From: Candidatus Bathyarchaeia archaeon
GTDB taxonomy: Archaea > Thermoproteota > Bathyarchaeia > 40CM-2-53-6
Assembly (NCBI GenBank): GCA_049517415.1
Contig: JBEKSC010000004.1
Span: forward strand, 82,243 to 146,242
Length of the DNA stretch: 64,000 nt
Reading direction: 5' to 3'
Both the position numbers and the translations under genes were made by a program. This document shows positions 1 to 9,457 of the stretch, in pieces; the first letter of the stretch is position 1, and every line of letters starts with the position of its first letter. The notes beneath the pieces are model-generated. The model ran no database searches. It was given only the letters and a program-made list of their open reading frames with translations, and was not told the origin of the DNA.

Positions 1-584
1 CAACTTATGTATTGAAGGTTTCCGCTAACCTTAGTGCCCATCGCTTGCTGCGCACGGTCCAGCATCGTTCCGCCACCGGCAGCCGCGTTGAAGATACCGA
101 TTTCATTCCACGCATAGTCGGCGACGGCGCTGGCAAAGGTTGCCTGCCAAGTCGCCAGCTGCGAAGATCCGAAAGTCGGGTATCCTCCATTCATGGCTGC
201 GTATGCTTTGTTCGTGCTGGCTTGAAGTGCGACCTGTGTTGCTACTGCCGCGCTTGTGCTATCACCCACACCGATGTACGCGTTGACATTGTTGAATAGA
301 GTTGCACCCGTCCCGGCTACTAGAGTCCAAAGTATGTTGATTCCAGCGTTCAGAAGGCAGTTGCCGCGGAATCGTTTGATGGCCAGTAATGTGTCGAACT
401 GTCGCATGATCTCGTCTAGCCCTACGCCGTCTATGGCTGCGCGAGCCACACGGTCCTTGGGGTCCCTGAATTTGTGGATCGTGAACTGCGAATAGTGCTG
501 GGCGTAGTCGTGTGCGCCGTATCGTTGGGCGACGCGGATGGCGGCTCTTGCAATAGCCCGATCTACTAGGTTCTGGCCTGTCAA
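1..584 (-). CDS. Tail-fibre/collar-type virion protein (partial, runs off the left edge; absent from the ORF track)
   Basis: Manual translation from TTG 584: MTGQNLVDRA...NCLLNAGINILW...AYIGVGDS...ATFASAVADYAWNEIGIFNAAAGGGTMLDR. The IGVG...ATF...W.E.GIF...ML.R pattern is typical of phage tail-collar/fibre proteins. No stop before base 1. Confidence 0.7.
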   Translation of the reverse strand, partial: MTGQNLVDRAIARAAIRVAQRYGAHDYAQHYSQFTIHKFRDPKDRVARAAIDGVGLDEIMRQFDTLLAIKRFRGNCLLNAGINILWTLVAGTGATLFNNVNAYIGVGDSTSAAVATQVALQASTNKAYAAMNGGYPTFGSSQLATWQATFASAVADYAWNEIGIFNAAAGGGTMLDRAQQAMGTKVSGNLQYIS

Positions 585-766
585 GTTCCCCCACCCTCCA
601 CATAGCGAGCGAGTTCTGCGATCACTGCGTTAGCGCTCATCATTAGGGCAGCAGAAACAGGGCCCAGTTTCAGTGTGCCGTCTTGACTTGTCAGTATCAA
701 GTTGCCGTTGACGTCCGACTGGAGAGTCCAATCGGCGTTCTGGACTGCGAAATTAAAATAGCTCAT
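581..766 (-). CDS. Small hypothetical viral protein
   Basis: 61 aa, GGAGG upstream, stop overlaps the next start. Confidence 0.65.
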   Translation of the reverse strand: MSYFNFAVQNADWTLQSDVNGNLILTSQDGTLKLGPVSAALMMSANAVIAELARYVEGGGT

Positions 767-842
767 AGAAATTTTTCCTCCACTTCCCTATCTACTTGTA
801 AGGCGCTGCTGTTAGGAGGCGCCATCATTCAGTAACGAATGA

Positions 843-2930
843 TTATGCTGCCAGGGTGATTCCGGCGCTGAGGTCGCTTAGCATTCGGCTTGAGGTTTCG
901 TCAAGCTCCCACAGTTGAGGCATACGCCGGTTCAGGTCGATTGTGGCAATCGTCGGGTCACTTAGATCCCGCTGAATGCGAACCACGGTGTATAGGCCAG
1001 CTAACCCGAGGTCGGGAATGTTGACGGTAATCGAATCCTCAGGCCCGAAAGTGTCTGGAGGATTCGTGTCTCTCACAGTTATTTGGGCGATGAGTTCGGT
1101 GTTTTCGGAATCCGCGAGCATAGCCTGACAGGCTATGGCTAGGGTGGTTGCGTCGGTGACGGTTTTCTGGAATGCCACCTGTTCAATTAAGCCGTATTTG
1201 TTGATGCTATCGCTGTCACTTTGAATGCTGACTATACCGTTTCCAACCAGGTACATTCGGTTGCCCATCGTGGAGAAATCTAGTTCACTCGTTGAGTCAC
1301 CCACCGTATCGCCTTCATTGAAGGCAACGTTCGATGTGCCGCCTCCGAACTGCGAGGCGAAGTCAAGGGTCAAGTTCGGGTTGACTCGGTACGTCCAACC
1401 AATGAGGCCGCAAACCTGCTGGATCGCAGCGCGAAGCGTAACATCAGTGAAAAGTACGCTTGGTAACGTGATGCCCGTAGTGCCTAGCTGTCCCACCATT
1501 ATGCCGCATTGGTAATTGGTTAGTAGGCTGTTGATGATGAACTCTGGGCTTGCCGCAAGAAACTCCGCTTCCTGAATTATTCGGGTGTCTAAGAGTTTGG
1601 AGGCGTCAGAACCTGAAAGAGTAATCTTGTACGAGCTGCCTATAGTTCGCTTAATATCCTCTAGGAGTCCAGCGTACTCTAAGACACCGTACCGATAGAC
1701 CCGAACGATTCCCCGCGGCGTAAGCGTTGGATAATAACGCGGCAGGTCGAACGTGAAGGTTTCGATCTTCTGCTGATAGTTCTGCCCGTAATGACTTGTG
1801 CCACCGGTTCCACCCACATAGGAATACGGGCAGCCCTCAACGTATAGTTGGAAAGGCTGCGTTTCATCCGGTCCCTCAGCATCGTAGAATACGTGAACGT
1901 TGACGAAGCCGGTTGCAGCGCCCACGGTAGCGTCGCCCGTCCAAGTTGCTTGAACCACAGCGAGGCCCGGGGTGGTCGAGGTGAGGGATACGACCGCTAA
2001 CCCAGCGGCGCTTGTGGTCGCACTTGCCGCGCTGAGTGTTCCGAGGGAGGTTGAGAAGTTAATTGTTTTACTAGGATACGGTAACTTGGTAGCTAAATTG
2101 ATCAGCGTAGCCGTGATAACTGCAGTTGTCGGCTGGGCTTTGGATGGGGCGTTCTTCTGGTAAATCTGAAAATTATCCACGGTGAGACTCAACGTTTGAA
2201 GCGGTGTCCAATTCCAAACGTCGCCGCCACACATTGTTTGAGGCTGCGTCTGCTCAACTAAAGTTGAACCATCGGCGGCGTAGACCATCGCGTATATTTG
2301 CGCGGGCAAAGCAGCCCAAACACTCGCAAGACTGATGACGACTGATGTGGCGTTACCAGCACAGGTGGCAGACCCGACTAAGCCACCGCCGGGTCCAGCC
2401 GTGTAGAGTGAAACTTTCTGACCGCCAGCTAACCCAGTTATAGTTACATTGTTAGACGAGTAGATCAGTAGGTCCTCGACAGCGATCTCTACGCTTTGGC
2501 CAGAAGTATCGGGGCTAAGGGCGAAAGCGTAACCGATCTGAATTTGTTGCGTACCACCCGGTAGAGTACCCTGTATGCCTGTCCAAGCTGCTTCACCAAC
2601 GGTACCGAAACTGGTGCTTCCCACTTTAAGTGCGGCAACGTTCGACCTACCTGCAGCTGGCGGAATTGGCGTCTTGTAATTCAGCCGGAAAACTGCGCCG
2701 GTTCCGAGGTTGAAGGACTGATAGAAGTAAGCGTAGGCTTCGAAGCACGCGTAGAAAAGAGCCCACGCGTTGCCGTTGCTGAACGCCGTAGTCTCAAAGA
2801 AACCTGGGACGGTGCATGTTCCCAGACTATAATTATCGTTGGGCGTATCCCAAATGGTGGTTTTCCAATTACCGAGCGAACTTAAATCGCTACTGTAAAT
2901 GATGCCCGAGGACCGCTGTGTGAGCGTCAA
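843..2930 (-). CDS. Tail tip/baseplate hub protein with an Ig-like (Big_1/invasin-type) domain
   Basis: 695 aa directly after the tape measure. Central ITATL...TINFSTSLGTLS...TSAAGLAVVSLTS is Ig-like. The C-terminal half (ITLSGSDASKLLDTR, LRAAIQQVCGLIGW, SDSDSINKYG, YTVVRIQRD) resembles hub/Tal proteins. Confidence 0.75.
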   Translation of the reverse strand: MTLTQRSSGIIYSSDLSSLGNWKTTIWDTPNDNYSLGTCTVPGFFETTAFSNGNAWALFYACFEAYAYFYQSFNLGTGAVFRLNYKTPIPPAAGRSNVAALKVGSTSFGTVGEAAWTGIQGTLPGGTQQIQIGYAFALSPDTSGQSVEIAVEDLLIYSSNNVTITGLAGGQKVSLYTAGPGGGLVGSATCAGNATSVVISLASVWAALPAQIYAMVYAADGSTLVEQTQPQTMCGGDVWNWTPLQTLSLTVDNFQIYQKNAPSKAQPTTAVITATLINLATKLPYPSKTINFSTSLGTLSAASATTSAAGLAVVSLTSTTPGLAVVQATWTGDATVGAATGFVNVHVFYDAEGPDETQPFQLYVEGCPYSYVGGTGGTSHYGQNYQQKIETFTFDLPRYYPTLTPRGIVRVYRYGVLEYAGLLEDIKRTIGSSYKITLSGSDASKLLDTRIIQEAEFLAASPEFIINSLLTNYQCGIMVGQLGTTGITLPSVLFTDVTLRAAIQQVCGLIGWTYRVNPNLTLDFASQFGGGTSNVAFNEGDTVGDSTSELDFSTMGNRMYLVGNGIVSIQSDSDSINKYGLIEQVAFQKTVTDATTLAIACQAMLADSENTELIAQITVRDTNPPDTFGPEDSITVNIPDLGLAGLYTVVRIQRDLSDPTIATIDLNRRMPQLWELDETSSRMLSDLSAGITLAA

Positions 2931-2931
2931 C

Positions 2932-5265
2932 TCATGTTACCGCCGTGTATTTGTAGCCTGAACCAAATTTTCTTTGCCGAATAATCTTCTGCTCAAGTAT
3001 GCTTGCGACCGTTTGCCCATCCAACTGAACGACGGTTTGGTTCTGAAGTTGCATCGGGCCGGATCCTCCTTGGGAAGTTGGCGCTGCGGGTGGCGTTAGA
3101 CCTGCGCCTATGGCTGCCTGTTGCGCCGGCGTTAGAACCTCCTCGCCGCCGTGAAGCATGTAGATCCCCGTTGTGGGAACCATGCCGCCGAGTTGATAGC
3201 CTGGGCCTGTAAATTCTCCAAGTCCAGCCCCCGAAAGGCTCACGTTAATGCTGGTCATAATCTCGCTGGGGATTTTGTCGAGCCAACTGATGACGTTTTG
3301 AATAACGCTGATCGCATCATCCGCAATCGTGGTGACAGTCGTTTCTATCATCGACGGAATTGTAGAGATAACTGCGGTGACTTGGTCGAATCCAGTAACC
3401 GCATCCGAAACCACAGAACTAACAGTGATGTCCTTTGTGGACGGGATTGCCGCTAAACCTGAGGTAACGGCGCCGAACGCTGCCTGCGCCCCACTTTGAA
3501 TCTGCGACCATGTATTACTGAGAGCCGCAGCCACAGGCTGCACGGCCGTTGTTACTTTAGACCATAACGTTGAGCCAAGGTTAGTGTTGATTTGGTTTCC
3601 AATATTCAAAGTGGTAGTGGCCAGCGGCCCCATCCCGCTCGCTGCTGCGGTGGTCACGTCGTCCGTTCCAGTAGTCGTATCCTGGGTGGTCTTAGCCCAG
3701 AGGCCGTTCCACCAGTCGGTTAGATCTTGCCCCGCTGTCTGCGCGCCCTTCTGGATGCCCGTCGTGAAATTAGCCCAGTCCTGCTGGTACGTTTGAAGCC
3801 ACCCGGGGGCGTTTTGTTCTTGGTTCGCGCCAGTGAAAATTTGGTCGGTCGGCGGGTTTAGGTTCTTTTGACTGAAAGCTTCGGGCGGTGGCGTTACATT
3901 CGTAAGTGTGGCCTGGTATGTCGGGGCGTTGGATTGAGGAATGACTTGGGCCGTCTGTGCAGTCGCGACGCCCATTGGTATGATGCCTACACTTTGAAGC
4001 CACTTCACATCGGTCATGATGGCGTTTAAGAAATCCATGCCCGTGATCGCGAGGTCGAGTGCTACTTCAATTGCGCCTTTAGCAACCTCAGAGACGAACC
4101 CCATGAGTTCAGTCAAGTCGCCAGAAGCCACGAACCCCGAGAAGACGCCCATGAATTTACTCCACGTTGTCTGGACGCTTGGGTCGAGGGCTAGTGAAGT
4201 GATCCAGCTTGTGAATTTGGGCAGGTTGTCGTCAAGCCAACTGGTGAGGGATGTGAGTGTGGGGAGAAGCATGTCTCCAATTTGTATTTGGAGGTCGGCC
4301 CATTCGTTCGTGAGTTGCTGCTGCTTTCCCGCGTACGTGTCCAGCTGGGTTTGAGCTGCGCTCCCGAACTTATCGTTCAGCTGCGCCATAATGTCGTTGT
4401 AGTCTGACGCCTTAGCCGTTGCCCAGTCAAAGTTGATGCCCAGGGCGTGAGTTATGTCGTTCATCTGGGATGTGGTGATGGTGCCGGCTTTCCATGCGGT
4501 AACTAACTCGCCCGTAATCTGTGTCGCAGTCAGCTCTTTCCCGGTAGTAGTTGTGAGGCTGATTCCTGCCTGTTGAAGTATCTGTGTGAAGGGTTGTAGG
4601 GCGTTGACGCCGGCTTTCTGAATCGCAGCCGTTAAGTCGGCGGTTCCTTGTTTAAGATCTGCGTTCGCCTTCGTCGTAGTCTGAATAATAATTCCGTACC
4701 GGGAGAGGGTGGTTGTGACACCGTCGAATGCTTTCCCGACAAGGTTCACGGCAGTGGTTAGGTCAAGATTCTTCGCGGCGGACAGGTTAGTTGCGACGGT
4801 CAGCGCTTGTTCCGCTTGCGTTGCGTTCATGCCGTAGGTTGCAAGAAGTTGCAGCCCCTGAACGGCAGCGGTTTGGCTGACGGTTGAAACCTGCTCTAAG
4901 CCCTGGACGAAGTTCTGGATCTGTGGTTGCTGCGCAGCCCAGGCGGCGCCGGTTAGGTGGAGGGATTGTTGAAGCATCGCCCACGCTGACTGTGAAGCTG
5001 CCGCAGCGGCTACGGCTTGTTGTATGCCTTGGACGACTTCGCCGATTCCAATAACCGCCGCGCCTGTCCATCCTGCAACCGCGAAGCCTTGCATCATCTG
5101 GCCGACTTGCGCGAAGCCTGGGCCGAGCTGCTGCAACTCCATACCCATTAGGCCCATTGAAGCGCTAATCTTCCCCATCACACTACTTGCTTCGTGACGG
5201 CGCCGTTTTTGTTACGGCTCTACCGCTTGGATGGCGAAGACTATACTTCCGATGTTTGTACTCAA
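2932..5265 (-). CDS. Tape measure protein; proposed true start TTG 5265, interrupted by a 24-nt BHB intron (5196-5219)
   Basis: Ala/Gln/Thr-rich helical protein with TMP motifs (ATNLSAAKNLDLTTAVNLVGKAF, LSRYGI, FGSAAQTQLDTYAGK, C-terminal YMLHGGEEVL, VQLDGQTVA). Splicing gives MSTNIGSIVFAIQAVDEASSVMGKIS. Confidence 0.9.
5196..5219 (-). other. Candidate BHB micro-intron in viral mRNA
   Basis: mRNA CGGU-AG^A-GCCGU-AACAAAA-ACGGC-GCCG-UC^A: 4-bp central helix, two 3-nt bulges and an internal stem. Contains an in-frame UAA. Confidence 0.8.
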
Positions 5266-5330
5266 ATCACGTTCACCTTCGTGGATGGTGTTTCTTAAAA
5301 ATCGGAAGCCAGGTTCGTTGCAGGGATGGT
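5255..5330. repeat. Diverged direct repeat of 7095-7175 (3' end of GT chaperone + start of tape measure)
   Basis: tttgtactcaaatca.. tcaccttcgtggatg.tgttt.ttaaaaat present in both copies. Confidence 0.85.
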
Positions 5331-5607
5331 CCCATGTTGGCGCAAGCGCAAGAAGTCGAAAGGCTCCGCGAAGAAAACAGGGGACATAGAGAAATTTAAT
5401 CGGCTAGAAAAAGTTGCCAATGAGATAATGATAAAGCAAGAGGAACGAATCAAGAAACTAGAGACCGCATCAAGCCTCAAGGTCGAGCACCCAAGCCACG
5501 ATAAGACGCCCGTATCCAAGGACAAGAAGCCTTAATCAAACTCTAGGGACGATAATTGGCTTTGTCGTCCTCCAATTCTGAAGACCCTATCCCGTTTTTC
5601 GCCATTC

Positions 5608-6122
5608 TCATGTGTTTATGGGAAGCTTGAAGTACATGAATGGCTCGCGCCGACCTTTCGGTTGATTTTCAGCCAGTTTGAATCCGCAATGTTCGTAGAA
5701 AGGAATAGACGCTATCTTTGCATTTAGTATCACAAATTGACATGCAACTTCCTCACGTACTTTGGCAGCTGTGGCGATGGCATAGAGGCAGAGTATTCGG
5801 CCGACTCCCTTGCCTTGAAATTGCAGTTCAGTAGCAAGTCGTCCAATCATCAATGACGGATAGTATCGGTACGGCGTGTGCAACGGGCGGTGTTTTTCGT
5901 CAATGCTACTGACTTCGATGCTGCTCATACAAGACTCAAGAAGCCTGCAATTTGCGTGTTGAACAAGGCCAGATAAATGACAGCCGCGTGCTGAAGTTGC
6001 TGGTCTTTGGCTTGGTATCTTATGTAGTCATTAAGGTCTGAATTGCCGCAGTCAAAGAACCCTGTGTCGTCAGCTATGCTTAGCTTGCGTAGGTTGATTT
6101 CTTCGACGGAAAAGATGGACAA
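5608..6122 (-). pseudogene. GNAT acetyltransferase toxin, frameshifted near 5930
   Basis: FDCGNSDLNDYI (5925-6122) plus IGRLAT..FQGKGVGR..FYEHCGF (5608-5928); one base missing at the junction (real change or assembly error). Confidence 0.8.
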
Positions 6123-6131
6123 GAAAATAAG

Positions 6132-6260
6132 TTACTTCGGGAAGCGTTTCAAAGCCTCTTCGACTAATCTCTTCTGCGCTTCTGTCGGAGGCTCCGCTGC
6201 GTCTTTCAAGAACGCCTCTGCTTCCTTCCCCTTCAAGGTTGGGGGTGGATTTGGTAGCAT
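6132..6260 (-). CDS. Small antitoxin partner of the GNAT toxin (below the ORF-track cutoff)
   Basis: MLPNPPPTLKGKEAEAFLKDAAEPPTEAQKRLVEEALKRFPK, directly upstream of the GNAT gene. Confidence 0.65.
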   Translation of the reverse strand: MLPNPPPTLKGKEAEAFLKDAAEPPTEAQKRLVEEALKRFPK

Positions 6261-6356
6261 TTTCGTATCCTCCGTTGTCCATTATATCATCATGATGACG
6301 ATGCCATATAAGTCGTATGCTTGGAAATTAGAACCCTCTCGAACTTCGCTAAGCTG

Positions 6357-6569
6357 TCAAGTCGTAGTGGCAGCAGTCGTAGTGATAGTTACAGTGACAG
6401 ACCTCGTCGCAGTGTTAGTAACCGTAGCAGACTGCGTGTAAGTCACACTCCTAGTTGAAAGGGTCTTAGTGGAGGTAACACTCACAGTGCTCGAGGTAAC
6501 CGAATTGCTGGTCTGAGTGGCGCTCATGGTCCGAGTGTTAGTTACGGTCGCAGTACTAGTAACTGTGGC
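6357..6569 (-). pseudogene. 3' fragment of a Thr-rich secreted-protein gene
   Basis: ATVTSTATVTNTRTMSATQTS...VTITTTAATTT*; same composition as genes at 27876-29513; no N-terminus. Confidence 0.7.
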
Positions 6570-6710
6570 ACTCTTTCCAAAAGTACGTGCACAAGAGGAA
6601 GTTGAATGTAACGCTTAGTTCCATCCTTCTGGGTGAAAAGGTAGCTGAGATACTTGCAGACAATCTTGGTTCCCGCAGCTTGAGACATGGGAAGCCCAAG
6701 AAAGCTACCA

Positions 6711-6926
6711 CTACATGACCATTACAGGATCTGACGGAACTTTCATCACGAATGGGATCTTGTCTGGGTACTGGTGCTTGGCCTTTATGAAGACCTCTTT
6801 CGCGGAATTGCCTTCAGCGATGATCTTGTCGTCCACAACAGCAATCCAGCAATTCACATAGTCCCCTAGCTTATCTCCAATTGACATTACGTACTCTAGT
6901 TCTCCTTTCATGGGGAATTTCCTCAA
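6711..6926 (-). CDS. DUF5678-like small protein
   Basis: YVNCWIAVVDDKIIAEGNSAKEVFIKAK..YPDKIPFVMKVP; paralogue of 31141-31359. Confidence 0.75.
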   Translation of the reverse strand: MRKFPMKGELEYVMSIGDKLGDYVNCWIAVVDDKIIAEGNSAKEVFIKAKHQYPDKIPFVMKVPSDPVMVM

Positions 6927-7111
6927 GAGAGAGATGACCGGTGGTCATCACTCTATATTTATGTGTAGTCACCAAGGCACACTCTCAATGCATCCCACTT
7001 CGATCTGAACTCTAGCTTCAGAGCCCTGCACTCCTCAGCGTGCGATTCACTTAATCCAAAATCAGGGGACTGTACCAACCCCTCGCGGGAATTTTTGTAC
7101 TCAAATCATTT

Positions 7112-7647
7112 TCACCTTCGTGGATGCTGTTTTTTAAAAATGAGAAGCAGCCACTCTTGTTGTAAACGAGTGGGTTCCTCCATTCGTTCGGTTAACTTGT
7201 AACCGAACTCTGAGACTAGGACTTCGAGAGGGGCCGAGTAGACGGATCCTTCAGCGAATGAACTCAGTTTGGCTTTGAGGCTTTTGGGCCCGCGGACAAT
7301 CCGGATAGCTCAAACGAACGCAGAATAAGTTTCAAGCTTTCCATGGGCATCAAGGCTTTGGCCACGTCTGGCGCGCCTGTGGCGATGGCTGCGCCTTTCT
7401 GTAGAAACGCCAAGTTCGACGCCAACTTATCCTTGTTGCCGATATCCTTCAAGTCCACGTTTGTTGACTGTAGGAGCTCTGCCAGGTCCGCGTCGCTCAT
7501 TGGTGAGACCTCGAACTTGTGCAGTTCATTGTCGACGCCCTTGACCTCGACGGCTTCATGGTACTTGGTGCCCTTCGTGATGAGTTCGGCTAGTTTCTGG
7601 TTCGCCGCTCTGGCTTCCAAGATTGCCTCTCGTTTTTCTTGACTCAA
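7112..7647 (-). CDS. Tail assembly chaperone G (7264-7647) and GT via programmed -1 frameshift (to 7112)
   Basis: Lies between the tail tube and tape measure. Slippery C-CCA-AAA at 7288-7282, just before the G stop. The -1 frame stays open (KLSSFAEG...WLLLIFKKQHPRR*) up to the original TMP start. Confidence 0.8.
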
Positions 7648-7743
7648 ATCTTTTCACGCTCCTCGTTTTCTTCCCGTGAGCTTCCGCCTTTGTAGCTTGA
7701 TCGCGGAAGTGTCACCTTGAGGATTCAATGCACTTGCGTGGCA
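7562..7743. repeat. Diverged direct repeat; copies at 8642-8829 and (more diverged) ~9444-9548
   Basis: tacttggtgcccttcgtgatgagttcg...ttgactcaaatcttttcac...cacttgcgtggca in both main copies; corresponds to the 3' end of the 9458-9787 gene plus the 5' end of the chaperone gene. Confidence 0.92.
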
Positions 7744-7818
7744 GGCAGGAGGTAGACGCCAAGGTAGGATGATAAGTATTTATTGATAACAGTTATCAAT
7801 AATTAATATGGTGGGGGC

Positions 7819-8139
7819 ATGCCTTCAAGTTACAATCTGCCGGAGCTCGTCAAGAAGGAAATAAGTGCGTTGGTCAAGGCTGGATACTACTCAAGCAAGT
7901 CCGATGTCGTAAAGGACGCCCTCAGAACCTTTCTCTCTTCGAAGCGAAGCCTGAGACTAGCAGCCGCAGCAGAGTTGTATAAGGACGGCGAAGTCACGTT
8001 GGGCAAAGCCGCCGAGATTGCGGAGGTTGGGGTAGTTGAGTTCAAGGAAATGTTGGCAAATCTCGGTCATAAGAGGATGATCTCCGTAAACAGGAGCGAT
8101 GTCAGAAGGGCTGACGAAATTATGAAAAAGATGAGATAA
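7819..8139 (+). CDS. Antitoxin (RHH + UPF0175-like HTH)
   Basis: LVKAGYYSSKSDVVKDALR; LYKDGEVTLGKAAEIAEV. Confidence 0.85.
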   Translation: MPSSYNLPELVKKEISALVKAGYYSSKSDVVKDALRTFLSSKRSLRLAAAAELYKDGEVTLGKAAEIAEVGVVEFKEMLANLGHKRMISVNRSDVRRADEIMKKMR

Positions 8140-8621
8140 TGGACGTTGTCGTCGACACAGACATTCTCTCCACATTTGCCAAGGTCAACAAGCTGAAACT
8201 GCTCGTCAGACTTTTCCCAAAATCGCGAATCTTGGTCTGCCCAAGTGTTAATCTGGAAATTAAGAAAGGAGCAGAATTGGGGCTTCTGAGATACTCGCAT
8301 CCTCCCGATTTCATTTCAGTCAAGTTGGGCATGCGTGAAAAGGCGGCAGCCGGAGAAGTCAGAGAAGCTCTGAACTTGGGGTTAGGAGATGCTGAATGTT
8401 TGGCAGTCGCTCGAAATAGGAATTGCTTACTTCTCACCAACGACAGGAAAGCGGAGAGGGCTGCGGGTTCGCTTTCCATCCATTATCTCAATCTCCCGTT
8501 GCTGTTGAGAGAACTCTGGAGGAGCCACGTTATGACTAAATCGAGGGTGGCCAAACTTATCGACGAAATCGAGAGAAAGGATAACGTCGTGATCAAGAAT
8601 CGAGAATTTGTTTTCAAATGA
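8139..8621 (+). CDS. PIN-domain (VapC-like) toxin
   Basis: VVVDTDIL...LGLGDAECLAVA...LLTND. Confidence 0.9.
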   Translation: MDVVVDTDILSTFAKVNKLKLLVRLFPKSRILVCPSVNLEIKKGAELGLLRYSHPPDFISVKLGMREKAAAGEVREALNLGLGDAECLAVARNRNCLLLTNDRKAERAAGSLSIHYLNLPLLLRELWRSHVMTKSRVAKLIDEIERKDNVVIKNREFVFK

Positions 8622-8856
8622 ACCCCAAATCACAAGAACGATACTTGGTGCCCTTCGTGATGAGTTCGCCGAGTTTCTGGTTGGCCGCTCTGGCTTCCAA
8701 GATTGCTTCACGCTTTTCTTGACTCAAATCTTTTCACACTCCTTCTGTCTTCTGCCTATGAACTTCCGCCATTGTAGTTCAGTGATTGGGCAAGTGTAAC
8801 CTTGCAGGATCCGGTCCACTTGCGTGGCAATTGCTACCTAGAAGCAGCCGAACAAA

Positions 8857-9117
8857 TTACCTTTCATAAGCATCCTTCCGATGCTCAAATCTCAATAAGA
8901 TCAGCTTGTCACCCTCGACTTTGTAAATGAGTCTGAAAGGCTTCACGTAAATGCACCATTCGCCCTTCAGGCCATAACGCAGGTGCTTTCCGAAGTTTGG
9001 ATTATCGGCAACTTTGTCTATTTGCTTTTGCAGTTTTTCCTTCAGGCTCTTGTCCCTTATCCTTCTTACATCACGCTCGAATTTGTCGGTGGGTACGATG
9101 AACTTTATTTCTACCAT
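8857..9117 (-). CDS. RelE/ParE-family toxin
   Basis: TDKFERDVR...NPNFGKHLRYGLKG...FRLIYKV...FEHRKDAY. Confidence 0.88.
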   Translation of the reverse strand: MVEIKFIVPTDKFERDVRRIRDKSLKEKLQKQIDKVADNPNFGKHLRYGLKGEWCIYVKPFRLIYKVEGDKLILLRFEHRKDAYER

Positions 9118-9389
9118 TTCTTGAACTCTTTGAAGAAGGCTTTCCTCGAATAGATCTCATACCTTCCTTCTTCTATATCCTGCCATGCTTCCTCAATCAG
9201 CTTAAGTGTCCTCAAATCTTCGGGCTTCATTCCGGTCTCCAACTTCTTCAACACGATCATATCCTTCCTCGCCGTCACGGCGAACACGCTCCCCCTCTTG
9301 ATCCCAAGCTGTCTCCTAATGATGCTGGGTATCACTATCTGGCCTTTCGAACTTGCTTTTGTCAACTCAGGGATTCTTGATTCTTTCAT
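9111..9389 (-). CDS. AbrB/MazE-family antitoxin
   Basis: SSKGQIVIPSIIRRQLGIKRG. Confidence 0.9.
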   Translation of the reverse strand: MKESRIPELTKASSKGQIVIPSIIRRQLGIKRGSVFAVTARKDMIVLKKLETGMKPEDLRTLKLIEEAWQDIEEGRYEIYSRKAFFKEFKKW

Positions 9390-9457
9390 ACGAGTAAGAT
9401 ATGCTTACATCTATTTAAAGCGAGGATGAACGAACTGCCTGCGACGCTTTTCTAGAC

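Noticed and set aside
5212..5214. Stop-codon readthrough or recoding in the tape measure
   Set aside because: The codon is UAA (not Sec/Pyl), and readthrough would leave an 8-residue insertion splitting the AVDEAS motif; splicing explains it better
7562..8829. Diversity-generating retroelement TR/VR pair
   Set aside because: Mismatches involve all four bases plus indels rather than being adenine-specific, and no reverse transcriptase is in the window
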